This document shows positions 1 through 11,975 of a DNA stretch of 64,000 nucleotides, one piece after another (position 1 is the first letter of the stretch; the number at the start of each line of letters is the position of its first letter). Below the pieces are notes generated by a model. The model worked only from the letters and a program-made list of their open reading frames with translations, was not told the DNA's origin and did no database searches. Source of the stretch: Trichinella spiralis (taxonomy: Eukaryota); contig NW_003526941.1 in NCBI RefSeq assembly GCF_000181795.1, positions 5,126,035 through 5,190,034 of the forward strand, written 5' to 3'. Made by a program: the position numbers and the translations under genes.

Positions 1-752
1 AAAAAGGCGCGCGCGCTTTTCCACCGCTTTCAGCTTTCGGCCTCCAAGCGACATTTTCCGCTTTTAGCATAACGGCGCTGCGGTACTGACGTCGGCCGGC
101 AATTTTTTTTCCACTTCTGCAACGTCACTTCTGCGGTTAGGTCGATTTGTGATTGTCAGGCAAGCAGAAAAAAGTGAAATAAAATATCCAAAAATAAATT
201 TTTTTTGTTTATCCGTTTCTATTGTGAAAGTGATTATTTTTATCCTGCGGTGGGCAATTATTTCAATTTTGACAGGCAAGTCAATTTTGGGCGGGCAAGT
301 GTATTTCAATCGTTTCTTACGACTGCTCTACTCTGCTGTCTGACTGTAAGCGATAAGGCGCAAATAAGCCGTCGCGGCATTGCGCGTTACGTCAGCAATT
401 GGACAAGCGCTTCGTTTCTTGTTGACAGTTTTCTCGCTTTCGAATGTTTAATCAGGTACTTGCACTGTTAGAAAAGTGAAATTACCGCTTATACTTGTCT
501 ATTGCTGTTTATATTATATGTACACATGATGATGATATATGTTGAAGCCGACAGCGCAACGCACCAAGATAAGGACGTTTTTGTTTTCACATGACTTTGT
601 ATTGATATTTGGATTTTAATAATCAAATCCCGCAAAACAAGATTACAAGTCATTATCATTTTCTGTTGTTCGTGTATTTTTTGCTTTTTTTGAAGCATAT
701 CATCTTTTTTTAAAAATTATTCATTGTTTCAACTCTGGAGTGCAGCACAGCA

Positions 753-3147
753 TTGGCGGCGATTGGCACACAGCACTGCCCATCTGTGTTACCAGATCAC
801 ATTGCGCATGGTCTTGACATATTAATCGTAAGCGTAGCTTCTTTTATAGCTTTTATTGCGCTTGGTTGTCGACTGACAAGCATAAAACTCCACTTTCAGG
901 TTGGCATAAATCCAGGATTGATATCCGCCACTCACCAACACTATTACGCTAATCATTCGAATCATTTTTGTATGTTTTATAAATATATGTAGTTGGAATG
1001 GAAAAAGCAGTATATTGGATATTTTTATTTTTACAGGGAAATGTCTGTTTTTATCCAGACTGATTCCCAAACGTCTGCAAGCTAGTGATGATCATCTTTT
1101 GCCTGAGTACGGCATCGGCGTCACCAATATTGTTTCTCGAGTTACTCGAAGCAGTTCGTGTTTGACGACGTAAACAAATAGATTCACTTTTGTTGTCTTC
1201 CGGTCTTTTGATTTTTGCTCAGCAGCAACTGGTTCTTACATTAGCAATATTATTATTCTAGCAAAGAGATAAGAGAAGGTGCTGCCGTGCTTCGGCGCAA
1301 AGTGCTTCATTACCATCCGAAAATTGTCGCTTTTAACGGCAAAGGTGAGGCAAAAGCACAAAGCAAAAAAATCGCTTTCAAGGCATTTGGTGTTTTATGT
1401 TTATTTGTTTATTTTGAAAATTTAAATTGTTTTCCCCTTTATTTTTTGCCCCTATATTCGATCGACGACCGTGAAACGCGTACGCGCTAGTGCCGCTCGT
1501 CCATTACCGTTTGTTTATTGATTGTCTGTCTGTCAAATTAATTGTTCTCCAATTTTAGGTATATATAGTGTATTTTGCGGAAAATCGACAGTTGAATACG
1601 GCTTACAGAAACAACGCATCGATGGAAGTGATGCGCTCGTCTACGTTATGCCATCTAGTAGTGCCCGATGCAGTCAGTTTCCTCGTTTAATTGACAAGGT
1701 TCCATTTTTTGTCGAATTGAAAAAGTTACGCGACCAGCTTTGTTGCCATAACACTAGTGGTGGTGGTATTGGATCCGCCCGGCATAGATTATTGTTCATG
1801 GAATCTCAGTCGCAGATTTCGTTTGACGGTTTGCCTGAAAAAGCGAACGGAGGTGATTTTTATGTCGGCATGTCCGACGTGGAAGGAAATGTGGACGACA
1901 ACGAGCAGCAGGTGCTTTTGAATAATCACCAAAACCATACGCTCACTGATTTTGATACTTTGACTTCTAAGGATGTGGCGGCATCGACGTCAGCTGTTGA
2001 ACAACAATTGCAACAGCATGCCGCAGAGGTGTGGTCTGATCACCATGTCGGTGATATTGGTTCCAATTTGTCGTTGGATTTGTCGGCTTGTATTGAAAGT
2101 GGCATGCCGCCAATTATGCAAGTTGAAAGGAAGCTCGTTGGGGAAGTGGCGACGAGCGACAGTGAATCCACGTCATCATTGGTTCGGAGTTTTGCTGCTG
2201 AACAAGTGCCACTGGCTGCGGCCACTGATCAGCAGCAGCAGCAACAGCAACAGCAGCAACAACATGCAGTCAGGGAATTTTTCGGCGAAAGTACGTCTCA
2301 ATCCGGTTCACAAGTAGCCGAACGTAGTTCCGAATCTCCAGGCCAAGTAGCCATGAGTCAGGTGGAAAGCCTTGCCGAAACAAGCTCGCCCAAAGTTCCA
2401 ACTCCAAACAGTTCTTCTAGTCTACCGCAGCAGATTGCTGTCCATGTTGAAGAAGCAATCGAAGCGGTCGTCCAACGTGCTCGCGACGGTCCCTTGGAAA
2501 TGCCAGCCTTTCGCACTCCTCCCGAAAAGCATCACCCGCCTGCTAATGCGCATCAGCACAACATGTTGGCCAATTTGGCCATGCAGCAGGGTATTAATTT
2601 TGGTCTGGACGAGTTGGGCTTATCGGCGAAGCCGGATCAGTTGTTTGCCTGCTACAATGACCAAGTGCCGTTCGGCGCTTATTACCAGCAAGCGGCGGTG
2701 GCCGCTGCCGGTGGCAGAGGTTCGTATCAGCATCATCCGTCCCCTAACGACACCGGCGCATCGTTTCTCAACTCCAACCAAGCTTGCTACGGTTCCGTCT
2801 TACCTCAGTGGACATTTGGCGCAGTGCCAGCGACATCTTCCAGTAACCCTGATCTGTACAGTCAACAGGCGGCTCAGGCGTGTCGCCTGATGCAGGGCCA
2901 GTCGACGTATTTCCAAAACGCCGCTTCCGGTTCATTTTCAAGTCCAACTGGAAGCATCATAGGCCAGCAGATGTACAATACGGCGCTTCCGACTGTCAGC
3001 GCGGAACTGTCGTCCGCATATTTTAACCAGCAAACCCAACAGTTGCAGTCGTCCTTGTATTCAGGTTATTTGTCGCCATCCGATTTTCACCAGCAACAAC
3101 AGCAGCAGCATCAGCAGCCGTCACAGAACAGTCCATTGAATCAATAA
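753..3147 (+). CDS. TDG: G/T mismatch-specific thymine DNA glycosylase (TDG/MUG family) with long Gln/Ser-rich C-terminal tail; multi-exon (~753-827, 900-969, 1037-1169, 1262-1344, 1559-3147); start codon unresolved
   Basis: Spliced translation gives LPDHIAHGLDILI-VGINPG...NHF-WKCLFLS...DDHLLPEYGIGVTNIVSR...KEIREGAAVLRRKVLHYHPKIVAFNGK-GIY...VMPSSSARCSQFPR, all hallmark TDG motifs; GT-AG introns keep frame. A possible micro first exon ATGTTTAATCAG|gt lies at 444-455. Confidence 0.93.
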
Positions 3148-5277
3148 TTCATGAAAGCGCTCGTTGGAGAAAGCATATTTGAAAACTCCAAAATGTGGTA
3201 ACCTGTGTATGTATATGTATGTCTGAGTTTTTCTGTTCGCGTCGCTTCTTCCTTCATTATATAATTATAATAATAATAATAATACGTTTAATTTCTTCTT
3301 CTCGAAGCATGCGAATTTTTCTTTTCCTTTCTATTCTTGTTTTTGGCATTTTCTCTATAATGCCATATGCTCAGCGATTCGTAGCATAGCAGATTGACTG
3401 ACTGACTGACTGACTCTCCATGGTCTTGTGGTGCTTCTCCATGGCGAAAAAATTTCTTCATGCATAATAACGGGAAAAGCGCTTCATCATTTTTTAGCCT
3501 GTTATATTTATCATTTGCAACTACATTTTTTGGCATACGAACATTGATGCATTGTTTGTCTTTCATTTTTTCTCTCATGATTGTCAAACAGTGTTGTGTT
3601 TATATTATTAAGTAAGGTTGAGCTTTTTCTTTATTCTTATACTCACCACACAACACTTAATTTTTTATACTCGAATGAATGAAATGACAACCGTTTGCTC
3701 AGGGAGCGTAGCTTATGTTTCACATTTTTTTTCTATATAACTTTCTGTCCCAGTTCAAATTATTTTCCCATTTTATGTCTCAGCGTGTTTGCAATCAGCA
3801 GTCAAATATTATTTTGAAATTTGTTTTTTGACGAATATCCCACATCCTTTGTCATCATCATCATCATTAGATATTCGAATACACACCAATTACTGCAGTT
3901 GAGATTTATTATTATTCGATTCGAATGATAATTTTGTTGTCCTTGTCATTTATTTTGTTTGTTTGTTGTTTGCGCTCCCGCGTTGTGACTCAGGAGATTT
4001 TTCTGCTACTATCGAATTAGTAGAGAAAACGCTGGCCAACATGATAGCAGAAAGAGTGTTTTAATTATTATTATTAAAACAATTTTTTACGCTTATCAAT
4101 TGATATTTTTTCCTCTCGTTTCCCAGAGTTGTTTTCAGTACTCTTTAGTGCTGTATCTCTCTTCCTCTCTTTCTCCCTCTCTCTCTCACTCGTTGCGAGC
4201 TAGATTATTATCTCTGCCGTTTTGGTTGACTTTTACGCTGAAACATTTTCAACTGGTTAGTTTTTTTTCATTTTTATGTACATATTATTTATTATAGGTT
4301 TTACGAACGTTGTATAATTAAACGTTTCCTTTGTCGAATTAAAGAAAAAAAATTTATAATCGAAACAGTCGCTTTGTATAAAGAACGCAAAAATTCTTCA
4401 TGTTATGTTTGTTGTAATTGTGTAAGTTTGTTTTTGCATAACATAATTAATGCTTGTAATGTTTTCTAAGCTTGGACGAATGGACGGTAAGTTGTCGATT
4501 TGTTTTCTGCAGTTGTATTTTATTGCTTTGCTAATAATCGGTTGCCAGTGTTTTTCGCTGCCTTGTTTGGCAATAGGCTGGCGCACATTTTCGACAGATT
4601 GTGTTCATGCTGCTGCTGCTGCTGCAATTGGGAACACGATCGATTTTTTTTTTCAAGCACGCTTGCAGCTTTTGATTGCTGTCTCTTAAATTGGTCGTTC
4701 CGCATCCAGATGGGCAGCTTTTTGGTGGGCGTTGCACTACTTTTGCGCGCATTTGTTGAGAAATGAGATGCTATGTCTGCACACGCTGGAAACGGGTCGG
4801 GTCAAGACCGGCTGTTTACTTAACGAAAATAGCTGCAGCATCAACATTATAATAATAGCAATTGGTAGTAGTACAATGTGTACACCTATGAAAAAAAATG
4901 CATCTATATCATACGACACTGCACCCACCCACACATGAACTTGTAGATACTGATACCACTAGAAGCATTTCACTTCAAGTTTTTTTTTTCATTTTTCTGA
5001 CGATGGGACATAGAGAGGCTTTGGTGATTGTTCCAGTACATGTAAAGCTGTCTGATCATCAACAGCAGGTTCGTTGTAACGGAACAGGGTTCAAGAGAAA
5101 AAAGTTTTTGACACACCCCGCACAACAGTTGAATGAATGACACTAATTTGTGAAACCTGTTGTTGTCTTTGTCAGTGATGTGTATGTGTATGTGCACGGT
5201 GCAGCCGGGTTATTAAATAAAACGATCATCTCGACGAAGCTAGTCGGCGAAAAAGTACCTACAGAGTGCTGCTGCGA

Positions 5278-6213
5278 ATGCTGCGCTGGCGCTTGGCCAC
5301 TGTCGACGATCTGACCAGACTAGAGGAGATGGCAAAAACTGAAGAATTCGACGTCGGCTATTCGAACTGGATACTCTATTATTCCATTTCACCAGACTCA
5401 TTTTACGTGTTGGAAGATTGTTTGGGTGAAAATAGCAAAATAATCGTCGGCTATTTGTCCCGTAACAAAATTGACGAACGAACCATGCTCAATCATCACA
5501 TGCTAATATTGCCACCGTATCGTAAAGCTGGAATTATGCAGAGCTTTTTGACTGAACTGGATCGTGATTGGTCTGGTCCGATTGTTTCCAATGCCAACCC
5601 ATACGGTGCCAGGTTGATTGCCTCGTTGGATCCGGACAGAGCGTTGTGGCGTGGTCCGCAGTTTATCGGCTATTTTGGCAGCTTATTACCAGACCGTATT
5701 CACTTTAGCAACAACAACAACAGTGTACTACAGTTGACAAATTGTGATCTGCTTGAGGTGACGAAAGAAAATTTGAACCAAGTATTGCACTATGACAGTG
5801 GGAAAATTCATCCAACATGTCGAGATGCTTTTTTGACTAGCTGGATGATTCCAGAACGGGAAAGTGCCGCCGCGGCGTTGGCATTGTGCGCCATGCGCCA
5901 CGGTACGGTGGTCGGTTACGGTGTGATGAGAAAAATTTCCGACACTTATTACGACATGGCACCTGTATACGCAGATGACGACGCAGTTGCGATGGGTTTG
6001 ATGAAACAATTGTGCGCTTGGCTTGTGCAAATCGCCGGTTCCGGTGTGCGCATTTATTATGCTTTTCCGATCGACCAGAAGCCAAGTGTACGTCTGGCCG
6101 AGGAGCTCGGTTTGAAAATAGAAGATCACGAGACCAGAATATACCAACGCGAATTGGTCGAAAATCTCCCCTGGAAACACTGCTATGCTATACATCAATT
6201 TTGGCTAATCTAA
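5278..6213 (+). CDS. Intronless tandem-GNAT acetyltransferase (YitH/HolE-like)
   Basis: Single ORF from ATG 5278 (~311 aa). N-terminal GNAT with motif A-like ILPPYRKAGI; second domain with YD..IHP..R..FL..W, VVGYGVMR and MAPVYADDDAVA, typical of YitH-type proteins. Confidence 0.8.
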   Translation: MLRWRLATVDDLTRLEEMAKTEEFDVGYSNWILYYSISPDSFYVLEDCLGENSKIIVGYLSRNKIDERTMLNHHMLILPPYRKAGIMQSFLTELDRDWSGPIVSNANPYGARLIASLDPDRALWRGPQFIGYFGSLLPDRIHFSNNNNSVLQLTNCDLLEVTKENLNQVLHYDSGKIHPTCRDAFLTSWMIPERESAAAALALCAMRHGTVVGYGVMRKISDTYYDMAPVYADDDAVAMGLMKQLCAWLVQIAGSGVRIYYAFPIDQKPSVRLAEELGLKIEDHETRIYQRELVENLPWKHCYAIHQFWLI

Positions 6214-6850
6214 GCGAACAAACAAACACAATACTATATATATATATAACACAGCAACAACAGTAGAACAAGGATGCTGTTATACTCTGTTTTTTTTTAA
6301 TTATTTTTTCCCCTACCGATCAATTACTACTACACAATTCTTCTTGTCGGGGTAGCAGTTGTAACTGGAGGCTTTCTTTTATTTATTACTATTAATATAT
6401 TATTATTATTATTTTCTCCTTTTTTTCAATTTGCCCGCCACAGCAGCTGGCCTCAACACAAAGCGGCTTCTCAATTATGGATGACCTCAACCAGATGAAC
6501 AATTGCTGTTGACCGGCGGTCATCGCCGGCGCGCCTGTCACCGAGTTGTGCGCTTGCTCTGTTTAATAATTTATTGTTGTTTCTTTTTTTATGCTTTTAT
6601 ATTGAAAATAAGAACAAAATAAAAAAAAGAGAATTCAATGAATCAGTTAGAAAAGTGAAAAATCGCAGCAGCAGCAGCAGCATTCATTACATCTAATAAC
6701 AACGGTACAAATAAGATCAATGAATAATTTTCATGAATGGGGTCAATTAAAAGCAAAAAACAAACGCAATTTAAACAATTTGAGCAGCTTCTAATGGCTA
6801 GTTGTGTGCAGTGATGGTGATTTTTTATTACAACTTTCTTTTTCAAACTT

Positions 6851-6882
<32 letters not shown>

Positions 6883-7852
6883 CATATTTTTCTATTTTCA
6901 GAATTATAGTATTCAGTCTTCATATGTGCTTTTTCTTTCCACTACTCTGATGTTAATTTCTGTTTTGCCTGGGCGCGGGTCAATATTTACGCGTAAGCCA
7001 GCACGCGCATGCACGCTTCGCTGAAACTCAATTTGCTTTTCTGCTTTCTAGCTCGTCTCTTTTGCGTTTTGATCGATCGATCATATTTGTGCGTGATTAG
7101 CAGCACAACAGCCTCCCTCCCTATTCCCATCCTATTCCAATCCCCAACTACCCAATAACGAACAGTTGTATTTATTTATTTATTTTATTCAATTTTTAGA
7201 ATTATTAGTTTTTTGTTGTTATTTTATCATTTCATTTTTTAAGCTAAATTTACTCGACTACTGTAGGTGGTTAGTGTATGAAACAAACACACAATGGGAG
7301 AGAGGGAGAGACAAAATAGAGACGGAGCCTGAAAAATAAACCAAATATCTATCTATCTCTCTCTATCTATATGGATATTTGATAATGTAGATGAGAGATG
7401 AATAAATTGCAAAAATAATAAATGGAAACACAACAGACACGCTTTTTTGTCAACTTTTTGAGAACTGCGAGCAGACGCGCGCATTTGTTCCGCTTTTAAT
7501 GACGTGCTTTGATGCGTGGGCAATTTGGCGAACGTTCAAGCAACGAAGCACACACACATATATTACTGCACAAGCGGTTCACTTTTAGCACACACACAAA
7601 CTAGATGAAGCTACGGCACGCGCCGCCAAATGTTCAGCAGACAATAGCAATAACGGAAGACGGACAGGGGAGACTGGCCCGGCCCGGAAACAGCCGCGCC
7701 GGCGCATCTTCTGGCCTCGTCCAAGTCAACACAGCCATCATGCTAACCACAATCATCAGCGATAGCTAGCTAACACGTTAGCCAGCTATCTGGCAAGCGA
7801 TTTTCGTTAACGAGCTTCTTCCGATGCTTTTATGTTCAACAACGCGTGCCCA

Positions 7853-7853
7853 T

Positions 7854-7913
<60 letters not shown>

Positions 7914-7920
7914 CTGCTGC
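7853..7920. repeat. (TTG)n microsatellite with GAT interruptions ending in (CTG)n
   Basis: Directly visible trinucleotide run. Confidence 0.9.
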
Positions 7921-10705
7921 TTCCTACATGGATGCAGCTAAAGCTTTGTACTGATTTCTGAAAATGGCTTTCAATTATTGGAAGAGAGAAACGAGAAAAA
8001 AATACTCGTTTTGCCTTGTAAAAAATTATTATTCATAAGAAAAAAAACAATACCATAATGTTGAAGTTTTGTAAATAACGAATGCTTTATCTTCTTATCA
8101 TAATTCAAATATTTTGATAAACAAAAGACCGAATGTTTGTGTATGTATGTGTGTGTTTGTGTGTGTATGTAGATGACGAAGCAGAAAGTTGACGGAAGTT
8201 TTAAAAACCAAGATTGATAAGATGAACAGATTTTGCAAATTTTTATTATTACTTATCTGATGAACAAATTTGAAAATTTTCAGATCAAATTCTAAATCGA
8301 AATTGTTACAAATGCAATTCGACTTGATCTACTTTTTTCATTGCATAATTACTTAAAAGTCGATTTTATTCTTGATTTTCGTCATTAATACGTACATTAT
8401 GATAATAGTAATTGTTGTTCATGTTGTTACTTCAAGCTGTTTAGCTGGTTTTATTATTTTTTATGTGTATTTTTTTTCATTTTGCTGCTGGCCTCCCACC
8501 TGATCGTTGAAAATGAATTTGTTTTTCCAAAGCAGCTGCTGAAGTGAAAATTCAATTTCAAAATTTCAACCAACTCTTGAAATGCAATCAAACATCGGCT
8601 TTAAAAAAGGCAAAACAAAAGAAGATCTATTAAATGTAATAAATTGATAGAAAATTGCTTGTTGTTTTTTTGGTTGATGTTGTTCAGCTTCATTTGAATT
8701 TTTCATTTGTACTTTCAATTTGTTGTTTGTGACTGAGCCAGAGAAAGCGAAAAGAAAAGACAATTAACGTACAATAGCATTTCTCTGGATTTTTCTCTTT
8801 TTAAGCAATTTTGAATTTGCTTTTGCCGTTGCTGCAGTTTGTGAACATTGACGATAAGCACACGGAACAGGCTGGCCTGGAAATTGAAAAATTGCAACAG
8901 CAATTTTTTGATTAAGTGAAATAGTGATCAAACTGCCATGGCCGTTTTCGGTCTCGTTTTATCAAAATGCCAAATAAGGACACACCCCATCAGAATTTTT
9001 TTCACTTCTTCTGTTTTGCGAACTTTTTTCTCCTCTTCTTCCTCACCCCGCTCCCTCTACCCCTCCCCTTCTACCCCTCTTCTTCTACCTCCCCCTACTG
9101 GTAATTTTATTCACGTGTTGTTGGTTTTTCTCTTCTTTAACCGACGACGTTTTTCAGTGTCGAAGGATGTCGATTTTATTTTGTATTTTGTAAAATTTTT
9201 GAATTCGAAAAATGTCAAAAATACGCCAAGAAATTTAGTGGAAACGTTGCAACTTGTTCTTCAACAGCAATCAACTAACTGATTGATCAAATTTTCTCCC
9301 AACTTTGCCACCACCACCACCAACACCAGTTCATTTCAAGAGCAAAAGCTTTTGTTGTTTTCTCTTTTTTTCAAGAAAGAACATTTAAAAAAAACAAAAA
9401 TAAGAATGAACAAGCATAATATATTGACTAGGATCATCTGGATTATTCTTATTATTGCTGTTGTTGTTGAGAAGCAATTTTTGATTGTACCAAAAGTCGA
9501 GGACAAATCCATAAAAGCGCTCTTCACGTGCGCGCGCATGTCAAGTGTAAAATTTGATTAAGAAATCAAATGCAAATTAATTTCATTTATCCACCGATCA
9601 CGAATGGTTCTCTTTGCAGATGACAAATTTCTAAGCACTCTACATTCAAATTCTTCAATCACTCTCCTATTTATGCCTCGACAGCAAAACGTAGCACACT
9701 TTTAATTGATAATTTTTAAAAATTTTGCTCAAATAACAGAAATCATTCAATAATCTGTTCTATTATCTTCCATGTAAAAATGTTTCACGCTGTGCTTGTG
9801 TATCATTATTATTAGCAGTTGCTGATTTGATCACTTTACACTAAATTTCAATTTATAAACAAAACACTATCAAAAGTAATTAAAATAAAATTCGCATTAC
9901 AAGATAAAACTGCAAATTTATTACAAAAGTAATACAAACAGAAAGAATATCAATATAAGTAAGACTTCATTTGATCTTTGATTGACTATTTAATATATTC
10001 AATTATATTGCGTTGACGAGATTAAATTTTAAATGTTCTTTCAACCACAAATCCAGTTCAATTTACTAAGCTAGCGTTTGATTTTCATCCCATTCATTTA
10101 TTGCTCATTATTCAATAATACACATTCTTACTTGAGCATCCGATTACTGTTACCGTATTCCTCACTTTTGCTGAAAATGCTTTTCAGTTTTACACGGCGC
10201 TAAATATTTTTCAGCATCTTTTTTAACATTTTACCATTGAATTTTATTCTTTTTTTAACTTTACGTTTTTAAATAATTTATATTAAGTACTGGTAGTGAA
10301 TATTTTTTGAAACTGCTTGGACAAACATTTGTTTCATTGAATTTCCAAATTTAACTTGAAAATTTCATAAAAATAATTTTTGGCTCTTTCCGTTAAGCAA
10401 ATTACTTTCAGTTAAGCAGTATTGTTGCAATAATGTATTATTAATCGTTACCTTTTTTTGATGCTCATTTGTGCTTGGTAATGCAGTTGATTTTTGATCT
10501 GTTTGCAAGTTAATTTTGGAAGCAGTTTAAAAATACTGTTTATTTCAGTGATAAATGTTTGTTTTAAGTTTCTCCGTCTATACTTAAAATTTTTTTTGAA
10601 ATTTTGGGTTTCAATTCCAGCTTTTCATGTTTGACTACAATTTCTCTTCATCAGAGTATTTTAATTAATTATTCTGTTATTAAAACTTCCTTTTTGTAGA
10701 CCACT

Positions 10706-11602
10706 ATGATACGTTCATTTGAGGAGGAAAAAAAATACATCGAACAAGTTGGTCCACTATTGTGGCGTGTGAAAAAAGGCTTCGTACCGAACATGCGAGT
10801 AAGCAAAATTTGCATTCACTTGCGTATTGTTTTTTTATTTCTTTTATTATTCAGGTAGATGGCTATTTCTATGTGAACAAAAATTTGGAAAATTTAATGT
10901 TCGAAGAACTGCGGCTCTGTTCAAAAGGAGGTGGCGGATGTTTTCAGCCGGCAGTGAAACAGATTGGTAATGTTGCCTCTTTGCCAGGAGTCGTTTGGGT
11001 AATGTTATATATTTGTACATATTTGCATATTTATTTAATTATGTATTGTTTATTCAGCGTTCAATTGGTTTGCCAGACATTCACGCTGGATATGGTTTTG
11101 CAATTGGTAATGTAGCAGCTTTTGATGTCGACGATCCGGCTGCTGTTATTTCTCCAGGTAAATTTGATTTAATTGTGTTTGTTTAGCAGAGTTTATGCAA
11201 ATTTTATTTTATTTTGTGAAAGGTGGGGTGGGATTTGATATCAATTGCGGTGTTCGCTTGATCAGAACAAATTTGTCTGAATCGGATGTACAACCTGTTA
11301 AAGAGCAGTTGACTCAATGTCTTTTCGACTTCATTCCGGTGGGGGTTGGCTCAAGAGGTATTATTCCTATAAATGGCAGGTACAGTGAATAAATTTTCTC
11401 TTATAATTTATTGAAAATTTGTAAATATGTTGCTTTTGTTGTTAGAGATTTCGAGGAATGTCTTGAAATGGGTATGGATTGGACCCTTCGTGAAGGTTAT
11501 TCATGGGCAGAAGATAAGGAGCACTGCGAAGAATACGGACGTATGTTGGAAGCGGATCCTGCTAAAGTTTCAACAAGAGCGAAAAAGCGTGGCTTACCAC
11601 AA
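10706..11602 (+). CDS. RTCB: tRNA-splicing ligase RtcB, 5' five exons only (~10706-10798, 10855-10998, 11058-11157, 11223-11380, 11446-11602); truncated at assembly gap
   Basis: [12 protein letters not shown]...[72 protein letters not shown]...AKKRGLPQ closely match metazoan RtcB. Confidence 0.97.
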
Positions 11603-11629
11603 GTTTTCCGATTTCAAATTTAATAGATA

Positions 11630-11639
11630 NNNNNNNNNN
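11630..11639. other. Scaffold gap (10 N)
   Basis: Run of n characters. Confidence 1.
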
Positions 11640-11975
11640 AATGAAAGAAATTTGACAATAGAATGAAAAAAAAAATTGACAATAGAATAAAATAAAATTT
11701 GACAAATAGAATGAAACAAAATTTTACAAATAGAATGAAATGATATTCGACAAATAGAATAAAAGAAAATTTGACAAATGGAATGGAATACAATCTGGCA
11801 AATAGAATGAATTAAAATCTGACAAATAAAATGAAAAAAAATTTGGCAAATAAAATGAAAAAAAATTTGACAAATAGAATGAAATAAAATTTGACAAATA
11901 GAATGAAATAAAATTTGACAAATAGAATGGAATAAAATTTGACAAATAAAATGAAAGGAAATTTGACAAATAGAG
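11640..11975. repeat. 24-bp minisatellite, consensus GAATGAAATAAAATTTGACAAATA, about 14 degenerate copies; an isolated copy at ~12489-12511
   Basis: Visible tandem units; the reverse-strand ORF shows the 8-codon period FYLSNFIS. Confidence 0.93.

Noticed and set aside
1973..2890. Alternative-frame ORFs (114 and 172 aa) inside the last TDG exon
   Set aside because: Expected by-products of GC-richer low-complexity coding DNA; non-ATG starts and no recognisable motifs.
5728..6198. 156-aa antisense ORF over the GNAT gene
   Set aside because: Shadow of the sense CDS; no independent evidence.
8938..9561. 114-aa and 92-aa plus-strand ORFs
   Set aside because: Built from pyrimidine tracts and simple repeats; no splice partners or domain signal.
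10511..10522. AATTTTGGA Sm-site-like motif (also ~11976) suggesting an SL RNA or snRNA
   Set aside because: No ~22-nt leader with donor or convincing flanking stem-loops; the motif is common in AT-rich DNA.
11640..11975. CRISPR-like periodicity
   Set aside because: Units are head-to-tail with no unique spacers, no cas genes, and the context is eukaryotic.
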